DNA of 39,743 nt from Deltaproteobacteria bacterium (GTDB lineage: Bacteria; Myxococcota_A; UBA9160; UBA4427). The stretch lies in NCBI GenBank assembly GCA_011051925.1, contig DRKE01000239.1:1-39743 (forward strand), written 5' to 3'. The first letter of the stretch is position 1; every line of letters begins with the position of its first letter. The notes below the pieces were generated by a model. That model was given only the letters and a program-made list of their open reading frames with translations, was not told the DNA's origin and searched no databases. Shown here piece by piece: positions 18,135-26,661 of the stretch. Position numbers and translations under genes: made by a program.

Positions 18135-20603
18135 TTGCCCGAATCAGCATCCAGGACGGCCGACCCGAGACCGCTTGCCGGTGTTCGCGTCCTCGATCTG
18201 GCCGACGAGAAAGGTGAATTGGCGGGACGGATCCTCGCGGATCTGGGCGCGGAGGTCGTTCGGGTCGAGGCACCCGGCGGCGCGCGGTCCCGGCGGATTC
18301 CTCCCTTTGCCGGGAAGCACAGCCTCTACTTCGCGATCCGGAACACGAACAAGCTCGGCATCGTCCTCGATCTCGAGAGCGATGCGGGCCGGGTGAGACT
18401 GCTCGACCTCGCCTCACGGGCCGACGTGTTGATCGAATCGGAACGTCCCGGCCGCATGGCCGAGCTCGGTCTCGCGCCGGAGGATCTGTCCCGGCGATTT
18501 CCCCATCTGGTCGTCTTGTCGATCTCGGATTTCGGCCAGACGGGTCCCTATCGGGATTGGGTGGCGACGGATTCGACCCTCTGTGCGATCGCGGGGATGC
18601 AATGGAAGGCGGGCACGCCCGATCGGGAGCCCCTCTTCACGCCTGCCGCGATGAATCATGACATCGGTGGAATCATGGGGGCCTTCGCGGCCCTCGCTGC
18701 ACTGCATCAGAGGGAGCGGGACGGGTTCGGACAGACGATCGATCTCTCGGTTCTCGAAGCCGTGGCGCAGCAGACGGACTGGGCCTTCTCCAACGCCTCG
18801 ATGATCGAGGCGAAGGGTCAGGACAGCTCGACCGTTCGGAACGGATCGGGTCCCATCTACAAGATCATCCGCTGCCGGACGGGATTCGTCCGGCTCGTCA
18901 TCATGTCGCCACGCCAATGGCATGCCATGCGGGATTGGCTCGGAAACCCGGACTATCTCCAGGATCCGAAATACGACAGCTTCCTGGGCCGGATGGAGAT
19001 CGCCGATGCGCTCAACGTCATGGTGGGCGACCTGTTCTCGACGATGGACCACGAGGAGGTATCCCGCGAGGCGCAGAAAAGGGGAATCGTGTGTACGCCC
19101 GTCCTGGCGCCCGGCGAAGTCCTGGCGAACGAGCATTTCCGATCCCGAGGGACCTTCGTTCCAGGTGAGTTCGCGCGGGGCCAGACAGGGCCGATCGCGT
19201 CGGGCTTCTTTGAACTCGATCGTCGGCGCCTCGGCTACCGGTTCCGTCCACCCGAGCTCGACGAACATGCGGAGCGGATCGGAGAGACGTTCTGGCGCGA
19301 GCCCCGATCCGTCCCGACGGCGAAACGACCGCCGCCCTCGCGGCCCTTCGAGGGGCTTCGCGTTCTCGATTTCGGGATCGGAGGCGTGGGTGTCGAGGCG
19401 GGGCGTCTTTTCGCGGAATACGGGGCCGACGTGATCAAGATCGAGAGTCGGACCTATCCCGACTTCATTCGCGTCGTGATGTCGACCGAGATGAGCGCTT
19501 CGTTCGCTTCTTCGAACCGGTCGAAGCGGGGCTTCGGCGTGGACATCAAGTCGGAGGCGGGACGCGCGCTCGTCGAGGAACTCGTGAAGCGCGCCGATGT
19601 CGTCTTCGAGAACAATTCGACCGGCACGATGGAGGCGCTGGGTCTCGGTTACGAGCGGTTGAGAGAGTTGAATCCCCGGATCGTGATGGCGAGCAGCCAG
19701 CTTCTGGGGGATCACGGCGCCTGGGCCGATTGGATCGGGTATGGGCCGAGTACCCAGCCGATCGGCGGGCTCGTCCATCTCTGGGATTATGCCCGCTCGA
19801 CTTCCTCGAAGGACGGGGAGGTCGGGGATCCGGAACCGGCGGGGGCAGGTTCCATCTTCCCCGATCATCTCGCGGGCCGTCTGCTCGCGATCGGGGCCCT
19901 GGCCGCGCTGATCCGGCGGTCGCGAACGGGGCGGGGCGGGCACGCGACGGTCGCTCAGGCCGAAGTCGTCGCGAACATCCTCGCGGATCAGCTGTTGAAG
20001 GAGGGGGTCGATCCCGGTAGCGTCGTTCCTCGTGGCAACCGCAGCGAACGGGGCGCACCATGGGGCGCCTACCGTTGTGCACGAGGGAATGGGGAAAAGG
20101 AGAGCCGAAGCGGGGGCACGAGCGAAGAGTGGATCGCGATCACGATCCGCGACGATGCGGAGTGGGAGCGGCTGCGAGCCGCGATGGGCGATCCCGATTG
20201 GGCCTCCGATCCGATCTATTCGACCGCGGAGGGCCGGCAAGCCGCGCATGACGCGATCGATGAGCGGCTTTCCGAATGGACGGGCGCCCAGTCCGCGCGG
20301 GCGCTGACGGCGACGCTCCAGATGTTCCAGGTACCGTCGGCGCCGATGTTCACGGCGCGGGACCAGCTCCACGATCCGCATTTCCAGGCCCGGGGATACG
20401 GACGTTGGATCGATCAGCAGGGGATCGGCTGGATGGCCTTCGAAGGTCCCGCTTTCCGCGCGAGCGGGATGCCGGACGTCCGGATCAGCCAGGCCCCGCT
20501 GATCGGAGAACACACACGGGAAATCGCACGTGAGCTCCTCGGGCTGGCCGAGTCCGAGATCGACGAGCTGATCGCGGAAGGCATCCTCGAAATCACGAGT
20601 TGA
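18135..20603 (+). CDS. tandem-fused family III CoA-transferase (two CaiB/BaiF-type modules in one 822-aa polypeptide)
   Basis: Module 1 starts LAGVRVLDLADEKGELAGRILADLGAEVVRVEAPGG and contains ISDFGQTGPY. Module 2 starts FEGLRVLDFGIGGVGVEAGRLFAEYGADVIKIESRTYPD and ends with the family-typical PLIGEHT. The TTG start at 18135 is preceded by AGAGGA. Confidence 0.85.
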   Translation: MPESASRTADPRPLAGVRVLDLADEKGELAGRILADLGAEVVRVEAPGGARSRRIPPFAGKHSLYFAIRNTNKLGIVLDLESDAGRVRLLDLASRADVLIESERPGRMAELGLAPEDLSRRFPHLVVLSISDFGQTGPYRDWVATDSTLCAIAGMQWKAGTPDREPLFTPAAMNHDIGGIMGAFAALAALHQRERDGFGQTIDLSVLEAVAQQTDWAFSNASMIEAKGQDSSTVRNGSGPIYKIIRCRTGFVRLVIMSPRQWHAMRDWLGNPDYLQDPKYDSFLGRMEIADALNVMVGDLFSTMDHEEVSREAQKRGIVCTPVLAPGEVLANEHFRSRGTFVPGEFARGQTGPIASGFFELDRRRLGYRFRPPELDEHAERIGETFWREPRSVPTAKRPPPSRPFEGLRVLDFGIGGVGVEAGRLFAEYGADVIKIESRTYPDFIRVVMSTEMSASFASSNRSKRGFGVDIKSEAGRALVEELVKRADVVFENNSTGTMEALGLGYERLRELNPRIVMASSQLLGDHGAWADWIGYGPSTQPIGGLVHLWDYARSTSSKDGEVGDPEPAGAGSIFPDHLAGRLLAIGALAALIRRSRTGRGGHATVAQAEVVANILADQLLKEGVDPGSVVPRGNRSERGAPWGAYRCARGNGEKESRSGGTSEEWIAITIRDDAEWERLRAAMGDPDWASDPIYSTAEGRQAAHDAIDERLSEWTGAQSARALTATLQMFQVPSAPMFTARDQLHDPHFQARGYGRWIDQQGIGWMAFEGPAFRASGMPDVRISQAPLIGEHTREIARELLGLAESEIDELIAEGILEITS

Positions 20604-20675
20604 CGGCGGGATTGCGGACGGGGCGATCGGGCAGGCCCTGCGCGGGAAGAGTCGAACAGGACGGGAGGATCGGAG

Positions 20676-21533
20676 ATGGATGATTTCAGGGGCCGCGTCG
20701 CGGTCGTGACCGGAGCGGCGAGTGGAATCGGTCTGGGCGTCACCCGCCGCTTCCTCGACGAGGGAATGAAGGTCGTCATGGCCGATGTGGAAAAGGAGCG
20801 TCTCGATCACGAGGTCGCGGAACTCGAAGCGGCGGGTCACGACGTCCTGGGGGTCGTCTGCGACGTACGGGACCCGGATGCCGTGGCCGACCTCGCCGAC
20901 CGGACGATGTCGCATTTTGGCAGCGTGCATGTCGTCATGAACAATGCCGGCGTCGCACCGGGTGGTCCGATGCTCGATGCCACGCCGGCCGACTGGCGCT
21001 GGATCGTCGACGTGAACGTTCTCGGCGTCGCCCATGGAATCTCGATCTTCGGTCCGATCCTCCGGGACGCGGGCCGGGGCCACATCATCAATACGGCTTC
21101 CGAAGCGGGCCACGTGACGAGCGCCGTGCTCGGTATGTATTGCGCGACGAAACACGCCGTCGTCGGAATGACGGAGTCCCTCTATCGCGAACTCGAAGGC
21201 AGCGGGATCGGTGTCCATTGCCTGTGTCCGAATCTGGTCACGACCCGGATCTTCCATTCCGAGCGCAACCGGGAGGATCCGGGCGAGATGAGCGCCTCCC
21301 AGACGGCAGCCATGGCCGTTCTGCGCGAGGCGATCCAATCGATGGGAATCGGGGTGGAGCAGGTCGCGGGCGACGTCATGGATGCACTTCGCAACGACCG
21401 GTTCTGGATCTTCACCCACGAATTGACGACCCGTGCCCTCGCGTCGCGCTACCGGGACATCGAGGCGGGTCGCAACCCTGGCAATCCCTACGAAGGGCTC
21501 GGGGAGCTCACGGAATTGTCGGAATTGAAATGA
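20676..21533 (+). CDS. SDR family oxidoreductase
   Basis: Contains VVTGAASGIGLG, NNAGV and the catalytic YCATK. 285 aa. Lies 72 nt downstream of the fused CoA-transferase on the same strand. Confidence 0.85.
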   Translation: MDDFRGRVAVVTGAASGIGLGVTRRFLDEGMKVVMADVEKERLDHEVAELEAAGHDVLGVVCDVRDPDAVADLADRTMSHFGSVHVVMNNAGVAPGGPMLDATPADWRWIVDVNVLGVAHGISIFGPILRDAGRGHIINTASEAGHVTSAVLGMYCATKHAVVGMTESLYRELEGSGIGVHCLCPNLVTTRIFHSERNREDPGEMSASQTAAMAVLREAIQSMGIGVEQVAGDVMDALRNDRFWIFTHELTTRALASRYRDIEAGRNPGNPYEGLGELTELSELK

Positions 21534-21619
21534 CGAGACCCGAGGACAGGGCGGCCATCATGACCGGCGGTGGGGCCGTCATGCCCGTCTGAGGTCCGGA
21601 TTTCCCGATTCCGACCGAT

Positions 21620-23275
21620 GTGCCACCATTCCATCCGATGACGATGAGACAGCTCCTGCTCGCGCGCGCGAACGACGATTCGCCCGCCCTCTATTTCGAG
21701 GACCAGACCTGGACCTGGCGGGAGGTCTTCCAGGCCTGCTGCGATCGGGCCGATGCGTTTCTTGCGTGGCGTCGTCCCGGCCCCTTCCATGTGGGCGTGT
21801 TGCTCGAGAACGTTCCCGAGTACCTCTTCCTGAGCGGTGCGGCCGCTCTCTCCGGCGCGACCCTGGTCGGGATCAACCCCACGCGACGTGGTGCCGGTCT
21901 CGAGCGGGATGTCCGGCATACGGATTGCCAGATCCTCGTGACCGAGGATCGCCATGCGTCTCTTCTCGAAGGTCTCGATCTCGGCATCCCCGATGATCGT
22001 CGCTTCGACATCGCCTCTCCGGAATGGGCCGAAGCGCTCGCGGGTCATCGGGGCGCGGACACGCCCGAGATCGAAGAGGATCCGAACGCGACCTACATGT
22101 TGATCTTCACGTCGGGAACGACCGGTGAGCCGAAGGCGGCGATCTGCTCATCCGCCCGGGTCGCATTCGGCGGGCGGATGCTCGCGCAGATGCGCGGTCT
22201 GCGATCCGACGATGTCGGCTATCTCGTCATGCCACTCTTCCATTCGAATGCCCATATCGCGGGTATCGCGCCGATCCTCTCGGTTGGCGGTTCCTGGGCG
22301 ATGCGGCGAAGGTTCTCGGCATCGGGTTTCCTGCCGGACGTTCGACGGTATGGCGTCACGTATTTCAACTACGTCGGCAAGCCGCTCACCTATATCCTGG
22401 CGACGCCTGCAGCCGATGACGATGCGGAGAATCCGCTTCGGATCGCTTTCGGGAACGAGGCCGCGGAACAGGACATCGCCCGTTTCGCCGAGCGATTCGG
22501 TTGCGACGTGATCGATGCCTACGGTTCGACCGAGGGGGGGATCTCGATCACGAGGACACCCGACACGCCCTCCGGTGCCCTGGGTGTCGCGCCGCCCGGC
22601 ACGCTGATTCTCGATCCCGAGACGGGCGTCGAATGCCCGAGAGCGGAATTCGACGAGCACGGCCGGATCCTGAACGCCGACGAAGCGATCGGGGAGATCG
22701 CGAATCGCGAATCAGCACCTCAATTCGAGGGGTATTGGCGAAACGACGAGGCGAACGTCGAACGGACACGCGATGGGATCTACTGGAGTGGGGACCTCGG
22801 CTATCGGGATGCCGATGGCTTCTTCTATTTCGCGGGGCGGAACATGGACTGGTTGCGGGTCGACGGCGAGAACATCGCGGCCGGGCCGATCGAGCGGATC
22901 CTTTCACGCCATCCCGCAGTCGCCCTGGCCGCGGTCTACGCGGTTCCGAATTCCGATGTCGGGGATGACTGCATGGCATCGCTGATCCTGAGGCCGGGTG
23001 AAGAATTCGACCCCACGGATTTCGCTACCTTCCTCTCGAAGCAGGCCGATCTCGGGACGAAGATGATGCCTCGCTACATCCGCGTTGCGACCGAGCTGCC
23101 TTCGACCGAGACGAACAAGATCCTGAAGCGGGTGCTGCGTGAGGAGCGCTGGGAGTGCGAGGATCCGGTCTGGATCCGGGACGGGGACGGCTATCGTCCC
23201 CTCGGCTCCGAGGATCGCGGGGCGATCCGGTCGGAATTCCAGTCGCGAGGCCGTCTCGCCGAAATCGAGCGTTGA
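21620..23275 (+). CDS. AMP-dependent acyl-CoA synthetase/ligase (FadD-like)
   Basis: Contains the AMP-binding motif LIFTSGTTGEPKAA, plus YGSTEGG, SGDLGYRDADGFFYFAGR and a C-terminal TETNKILKRVLR. The track gives a GTG start at 21620. The ATG at 21638 (MTMRQLL) is an equally plausible start. Confidence 0.85.
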   Translation: MPPFHPMTMRQLLLARANDDSPALYFEDQTWTWREVFQACCDRADAFLAWRRPGPFHVGVLLENVPEYLFLSGAAALSGATLVGINPTRRGAGLERDVRHTDCQILVTEDRHASLLEGLDLGIPDDRRFDIASPEWAEALAGHRGADTPEIEEDPNATYMLIFTSGTTGEPKAAICSSARVAFGGRMLAQMRGLRSDDVGYLVMPLFHSNAHIAGIAPILSVGGSWAMRRRFSASGFLPDVRRYGVTYFNYVGKPLTYILATPAADDDAENPLRIAFGNEAAEQDIARFAERFGCDVIDAYGSTEGGISITRTPDTPSGALGVAPPGTLILDPETGVECPRAEFDEHGRILNADEAIGEIANRESAPQFEGYWRNDEANVERTRDGIYWSGDLGYRDADGFFYFAGRNMDWLRVDGENIAAGPIERILSRHPAVALAAVYAVPNSDVGDDCMASLILRPGEEFDPTDFATFLSKQADLGTKMMPRYIRVATELPSTETNKILKRVLREERWECEDPVWIRDGDGYRPLGSEDRGAIRSEFQSRGRLAEIER

Positions 23276-23490
23276 CCGTGGCAGGGTCCCGCAGAGGTCT
23301 CGAAGGGAGATGACATGACATCCGGAATCGATCCGTCGGAGATCGTTGCCTGTGCCCTGCGTCCCGCCGGAAGCTGGAGTCATCTGGGATCGCTCATCGG
23401 GTTCGTCGTGGTCGCGTGGTTCGTTTCTCCCGCGCGGACGCGGCGAGCCGGTCGGACGGGCTGAGCCGACCCCGCGGCTGGCCCCGTGCC

Positions 23491-24315
23491 CTACGGCTCG
23501 CCCCCCAATCGACGTTCGATCTCGAGTGCATCACGCAACGCGGCGACGTCGTGGGTGCGGATGTAGTCGACGCCGTGTCTGGCCGCGTGGAGTTCGGCAG
23601 CCAGGGTGGCCGGGCCGATCGATTCCATCCCGCTTCCCGTGATCACGCGGAGAAAGGACTTTCTGGAAACCGAGATCAACGTCGGCAGGCCGAAACGGAT
23701 GCCGAGTTCCGGCAGCCGCCTGAGGACTTCGAGCGATGAATCGGGTCGGTTGCCGAGGAAGAAACCCATCCCGGGATCGATGATCAATCGGTCCTCGCGA
23801 ATCCCGGCTCGAACGAGTCGATCGAGTCGTGCCGGAAAGAAGCGATCGATCGATTCGAGAACCGCTTCCGGCGTCGCATCGGTTCGCACGGCGCGTTCGC
23901 CTTCGAGCAGGGAATGGACGATGACCAGGCGGGCGTCGGAGACCGCGAGAGTCGGATAGAGATCGGGGTCGGGAAAACCGCGAACGTCGTTGAGCATGGC
24001 CGCTCCGGCCCCGATCGCGAATCGCAGGACATTCGGATCGGTGGCGTCGACGGAGACCGGGATTCCCTTCGCCGACAACGCCTCGAGAACCGGAGCCAGG
24101 CGCTCGATCTGGACGCTTGCGGAGACGGAATCCGCATCGGGATGGCTCGACGCCGGTCCGAGTTCGATCAGGTCGGCCCCCGCGTCGTAGAGTCCGAAGG
24201 CGTGGTCGATCGCCGCTTCGGGTTCGATGAATCGCCCGCCGTCCGAAAACGAGTCCCGGGTGATGTTCACGATGGCGACGATCCGTGGGGACCTCTCGTT
24301 CGTCACGTTGGTCAC
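23491..24315 (-). CDS. folP: dihydropteroate synthase, Sul1/Sul2-like clade
   Basis: 274 aa with VNITRDSFSDGGRF, LGPASSHPDA, LNDVRGFPDPDLYP, DPGMGFFLG, VSRKSFL and GPATLAAELHA...IRTHD. These blocks match Sul1/Sul2 as I remember them, rather than the canonical FolP blocks (GGESTRPGA, DPGFGFGK). Confidence 0.9.
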   Translation of the reverse strand: MTNVTNERSPRIVAIVNITRDSFSDGGRFIEPEAAIDHAFGLYDAGADLIELGPASSHPDADSVSASVQIERLAPVLEALSAKGIPVSVDATDPNVLRFAIGAGAAMLNDVRGFPDPDLYPTLAVSDARLVIVHSLLEGERAVRTDATPEAVLESIDRFFPARLDRLVRAGIREDRLIIDPGMGFFLGNRPDSSLEVLRRLPELGIRFGLPTLISVSRKSFLRVITGSGMESIGPATLAAELHAARHGVDYIRTHDVAALRDALEIERRLGGEP

Positions 24316-24530
24316 ATCGATCTCCCGGATGGCGCGCCGGAATCTGGAACCCGGTGGTGAGATTTTACATCGCTTTTACGTAGCAGGGGGACGGGTGTGT
24401 TCTCCCGAACTCCGATTTTGGCTACACCTCGGATCGTGTCTGGTCGCAATCAGACTCATGTCATTTGCACCGACCCCCCTCCGATCAGCCGCGCCGAGAC
24501 GCGGCCCCTTTGTGAGAGTCTGAACCGAAT

Positions 24531-25493
24531 ATGAATGCTGTGTTCGAGCTGGATCCGCGGGAGCTTTCGACGCCTTCCGCCGGAGAAGAGCGTGCCGACG
24601 GCGAGCGTGCCGCTGGCGCGGCGGAGAATGGCACGATCGGATCCGCGGGTCGTGTCGAGAGCCTCCTGGAACGTGATGCGGGGAGGGAGGAATCGTGCGA
24701 ACGGTCCGGACGATGGCTCCGGTACAAGGTCGATCGGCGCGCCGTCGCCTATGTCCATGCGATGCTGGGCCTCCATGTGGCCGTCTTCTTCCTTGCGCCG
24801 ACCTGGCTGGCGGTCGTCTGCGTCGCTCCCCTCGCGATTGGCAGCATGTTCGTCGCGGCAATCAACCATCATCACCAGCATTTCAACACCTTCCACTCGG
24901 CGTGGATGAATCGGGTCTTCGACATCGCCCTCTCGCTGCAGACCGGGATCGCGCCCTATGCGTGGGTCCTGCATCACAACCTGGGGCATCATGTCAACTA
25001 TCTGAAACAGCGGCCGCATGAACACCCCGATGAATCCCGCTGGACCCGTCGGGATGGTTCGCAGATGGGCCGGATCGAGTACACGATCGATCTCCTCCTG
25101 CATCACCAGATCGATATCATCCGGGTCGGGCGGCGCTATCCGAAATACCTGCGCGCCTTCTTGTTGATGAAGCTGCCGCTCTGGTCGATTCTCGGGCTCG
25201 CGCTCTACACCAACCCGGTGAATGCCTTCCTGGCCTTCCTGCTGCCCGGCTTCATCACGCTCGTCCATACTTCATGGGTGACCTATGGACATCATGCCGG
25301 CCACTATCCGACCAACCATTACGATGCCAGCGTGAGCAACACGAATCCTCTCTTCAACTACCTGACCTGCAACCTCGGCTATCACACGGCGCATCACAAG
25401 CGTCCCGGCGTCCACTGGTCCCAGCTGCCGAAGATCCACGAGGAGATCAAGGATCGGATTCCGCCGCATCTGATCGAGACCCGCTTCTGGTAG
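24531..25493 (+). CDS. membrane fatty acid desaturase family protein
   Basis: Three histidine boxes: HHHQH, HHNLGHH and HTAHHKRPGVHW. Several hydrophobic segments. 320 aa. Confidence 0.8.
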   Translation: MNAVFELDPRELSTPSAGEERADGERAAGAAENGTIGSAGRVESLLERDAGREESCERSGRWLRYKVDRRAVAYVHAMLGLHVAVFFLAPTWLAVVCVAPLAIGSMFVAAINHHHQHFNTFHSAWMNRVFDIALSLQTGIAPYAWVLHHNLGHHVNYLKQRPHEHPDESRWTRRDGSQMGRIEYTIDLLLHHQIDIIRVGRRYPKYLRAFLLMKLPLWSILGLALYTNPVNAFLAFLLPGFITLVHTSWVTYGHHAGHYPTNHYDASVSNTNPLFNYLTCNLGYHTAHHKRPGVHWSQLPKIHEEIKDRIPPHLIETRFW

Positions 25494-25563
25494 GTCGGGG
25501 TCGCTGATCCTTCGTCAGGGGGACGCCCGGCAGCGACGGCAGACGACATGGATCCGGTTCGGA

Positions 25564-25899
25564 TCAGGGACGCTGCGGGTCGTTGATGCGATCGTCGGGA
25601 TCGACCTGGATGCGCCCGTCGACGATCCGAACGGCGAAACACGGGATCGGGAAGCCGTCCGGGTTGTCGGGATCGAATCCCGTCCGGACGTCGAAGGGCC
25701 ATCCGTGGGCCTTGCACACGATCACGCAGTCCCGGAATTCACCCTCGGAGAGCGGGAAGCCCGCATGGGGACAGTCGTCTTCCATCGCGTAGACCCGGTC
25801 GCCCATCCGGTAGAGGCCGAGATCGATGCCGTTCACCTGGACCCGGAGGCCTCGGTCCGAGGGGATCTCGTCGAGCCGGGCGACGTCGACATAGGCCAA
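25564..25899 (-). CDS. Rieske [2Fe-2S] domain protein, NirD-like small ferredoxin
   Basis: Contains CPHAGFPLSEG...CKAHGWPFD (CxH...CxxH). The TTG start at 25899 is preceded by GGAGAG at 8 nt and gives about 111 aa, the usual size. The remaining 244 upstream codons of the 355-aa track ORF are Arg/Pro-rich and not protein-like. Confidence 0.75.
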   Translation of the reverse strand: MAYVDVARLDEIPSDRGLRVQVNGIDLGLYRMGDRVYAMEDDCPHAGFPLSEGEFRDCVIVCKAHGWPFDVRTGFDPDNPDGFPIPCFAVRIVDGRIQVDPDDRINDPQRP

Positions 25900-26084
25900 G
25901 GGGTGATCTCTCCAGGCGGCCGGATGGAATCCGGAAGATGCGGATCGCAGGGTGCCCCAATCCCGAGGCGGGGACCACTCCGGCCGTTTCCGGTCGTTCG
26001 CCGGATCTGCGACACGCGCTGACAGTGGTCGCGCGACCGGAGGCCGGGCGCACGTGCGGATCCGCTCGTCCTTCGCGAGGGCCG

Positions 26085-26393
26085 TCAGTGCTGGGCGAGG
26101 GCCGCCGGCATCGACAGGGAGGGGCCGGTCGAGGTGACGACACACGTCTCGAGACCGGCCTGGATCGCGTCGCTCGAACAATCCATCGTCGTCGGTCCCA
26201 TCAGACCGTGGAATCGCGGGTTGCTGCCGAGTGTCGCGAATCTCTCGAAGACCATGTCGAGCTGGAGATTCGTCACGGCCGCGAACCGGGAAGCGTCGAG
26301 GGACTGGCCCTGGTCCTGGGGATCGGCTGAAGCCAGACTGCTCCAGCAGAGCGCGATCAGCGCCATGAATAGAATCCTGGGAATGGGTCGCAT
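26085..26393 (-). CDS. small secreted protein of unknown function (102 aa)
   Basis: Signal-peptide-like N-terminus MRPIPRILFMALIALCWSSLASA/DPQ. The RBS AAGGAG lies about 11 nt upstream. Codons are GC3-rich. The mature part has two Cys (DCSS...ETC). Confidence 0.55.
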   Translation of the reverse strand: MRPIPRILFMALIALCWSSLASADPQDQGQSLDASRFAAVTNLQLDMVFERFATLGSNPRFHGLMGPTTMDCSSDAIQAGLETCVVTSTGPSLSMPAALAQH

Positions 26394-26661
26394 ACCGGGG
26401 GGCTCCTTTGGGGGGACCTATCGGATGCTCGATGGATTGCTTTAGGCGTTCTTCCGCACGGATTGGAAAATTCCCGCGGACGGCCGGAAGAAAACGGGCA
26501 GCGATCGCGTGGGAACGCCGTGAGGGCCCGTTCGCCCCCTCGGATTGCAACGATTCGCTGCGGGGATGTCGGGGGCAACCCGGACCGCATCGGGGAGAAG
26601 GCTCGATGCCGGTCGAGCACGAGGGCGCCATCGAAGGATCCGATGGGTGCCGGGCGAGCGC

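Noticed and set aside
18135-20603. My first impression that the second CoA-transferase module had lost the catalytic Asp (GYGPSTQ where I expected GYD...Q).
   Set aside because: I re-aligned against the positions I recall for CaiB, MCR and Frc. The catalytic Asp sits later, just before the ...LAAL helix. Both modules have an Asp there (NHDIGG and FPDHLAG). By-eye active-site calls are unreliable, so no pseudo-enzyme claim is made.
18414-21419. A 1001-aa ORF on the minus strand. Similar very long ORFs are at 3025-4731(-), 14015-15184(-), 29752-31707(+), 32508-34205(-), 35749-37812(-), 11138-12448(+) and 4841-5764(+).
   Set aside because: All lie antisense to, or are out-of-frame or 5' extensions of, genes with clear family motifs. 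Their translations are Arg/Pro/Gly/Asp-rich with no motifs. Long stop-free shadow frames are expected at this G+C content.
23315-23464. A 49-aa ORF (MTSGIDPSEIVACALRPAGSWSHLGSLIGFVVVAWFVSPARTRRAGRTG) with GGGAGA upstream and one hydrophobic helix, lying between the acyl-CoA synthetase and folP genes.
   Set aside because: Its third-position G+C (about 71% by manual count) is lower than in the confident genes. It is short and has no motif. I cannot support it as a gene without conservation or Ribo-seq data.
25500-25537. A possible hairpin (GTCGCTG ... CAGCGAC) after the desaturase stop, considered as a bidirectional terminator.
   Set aside because: It has only a 7-bp stem with a 24-nt loop and no U-tract, which is too weak to call.
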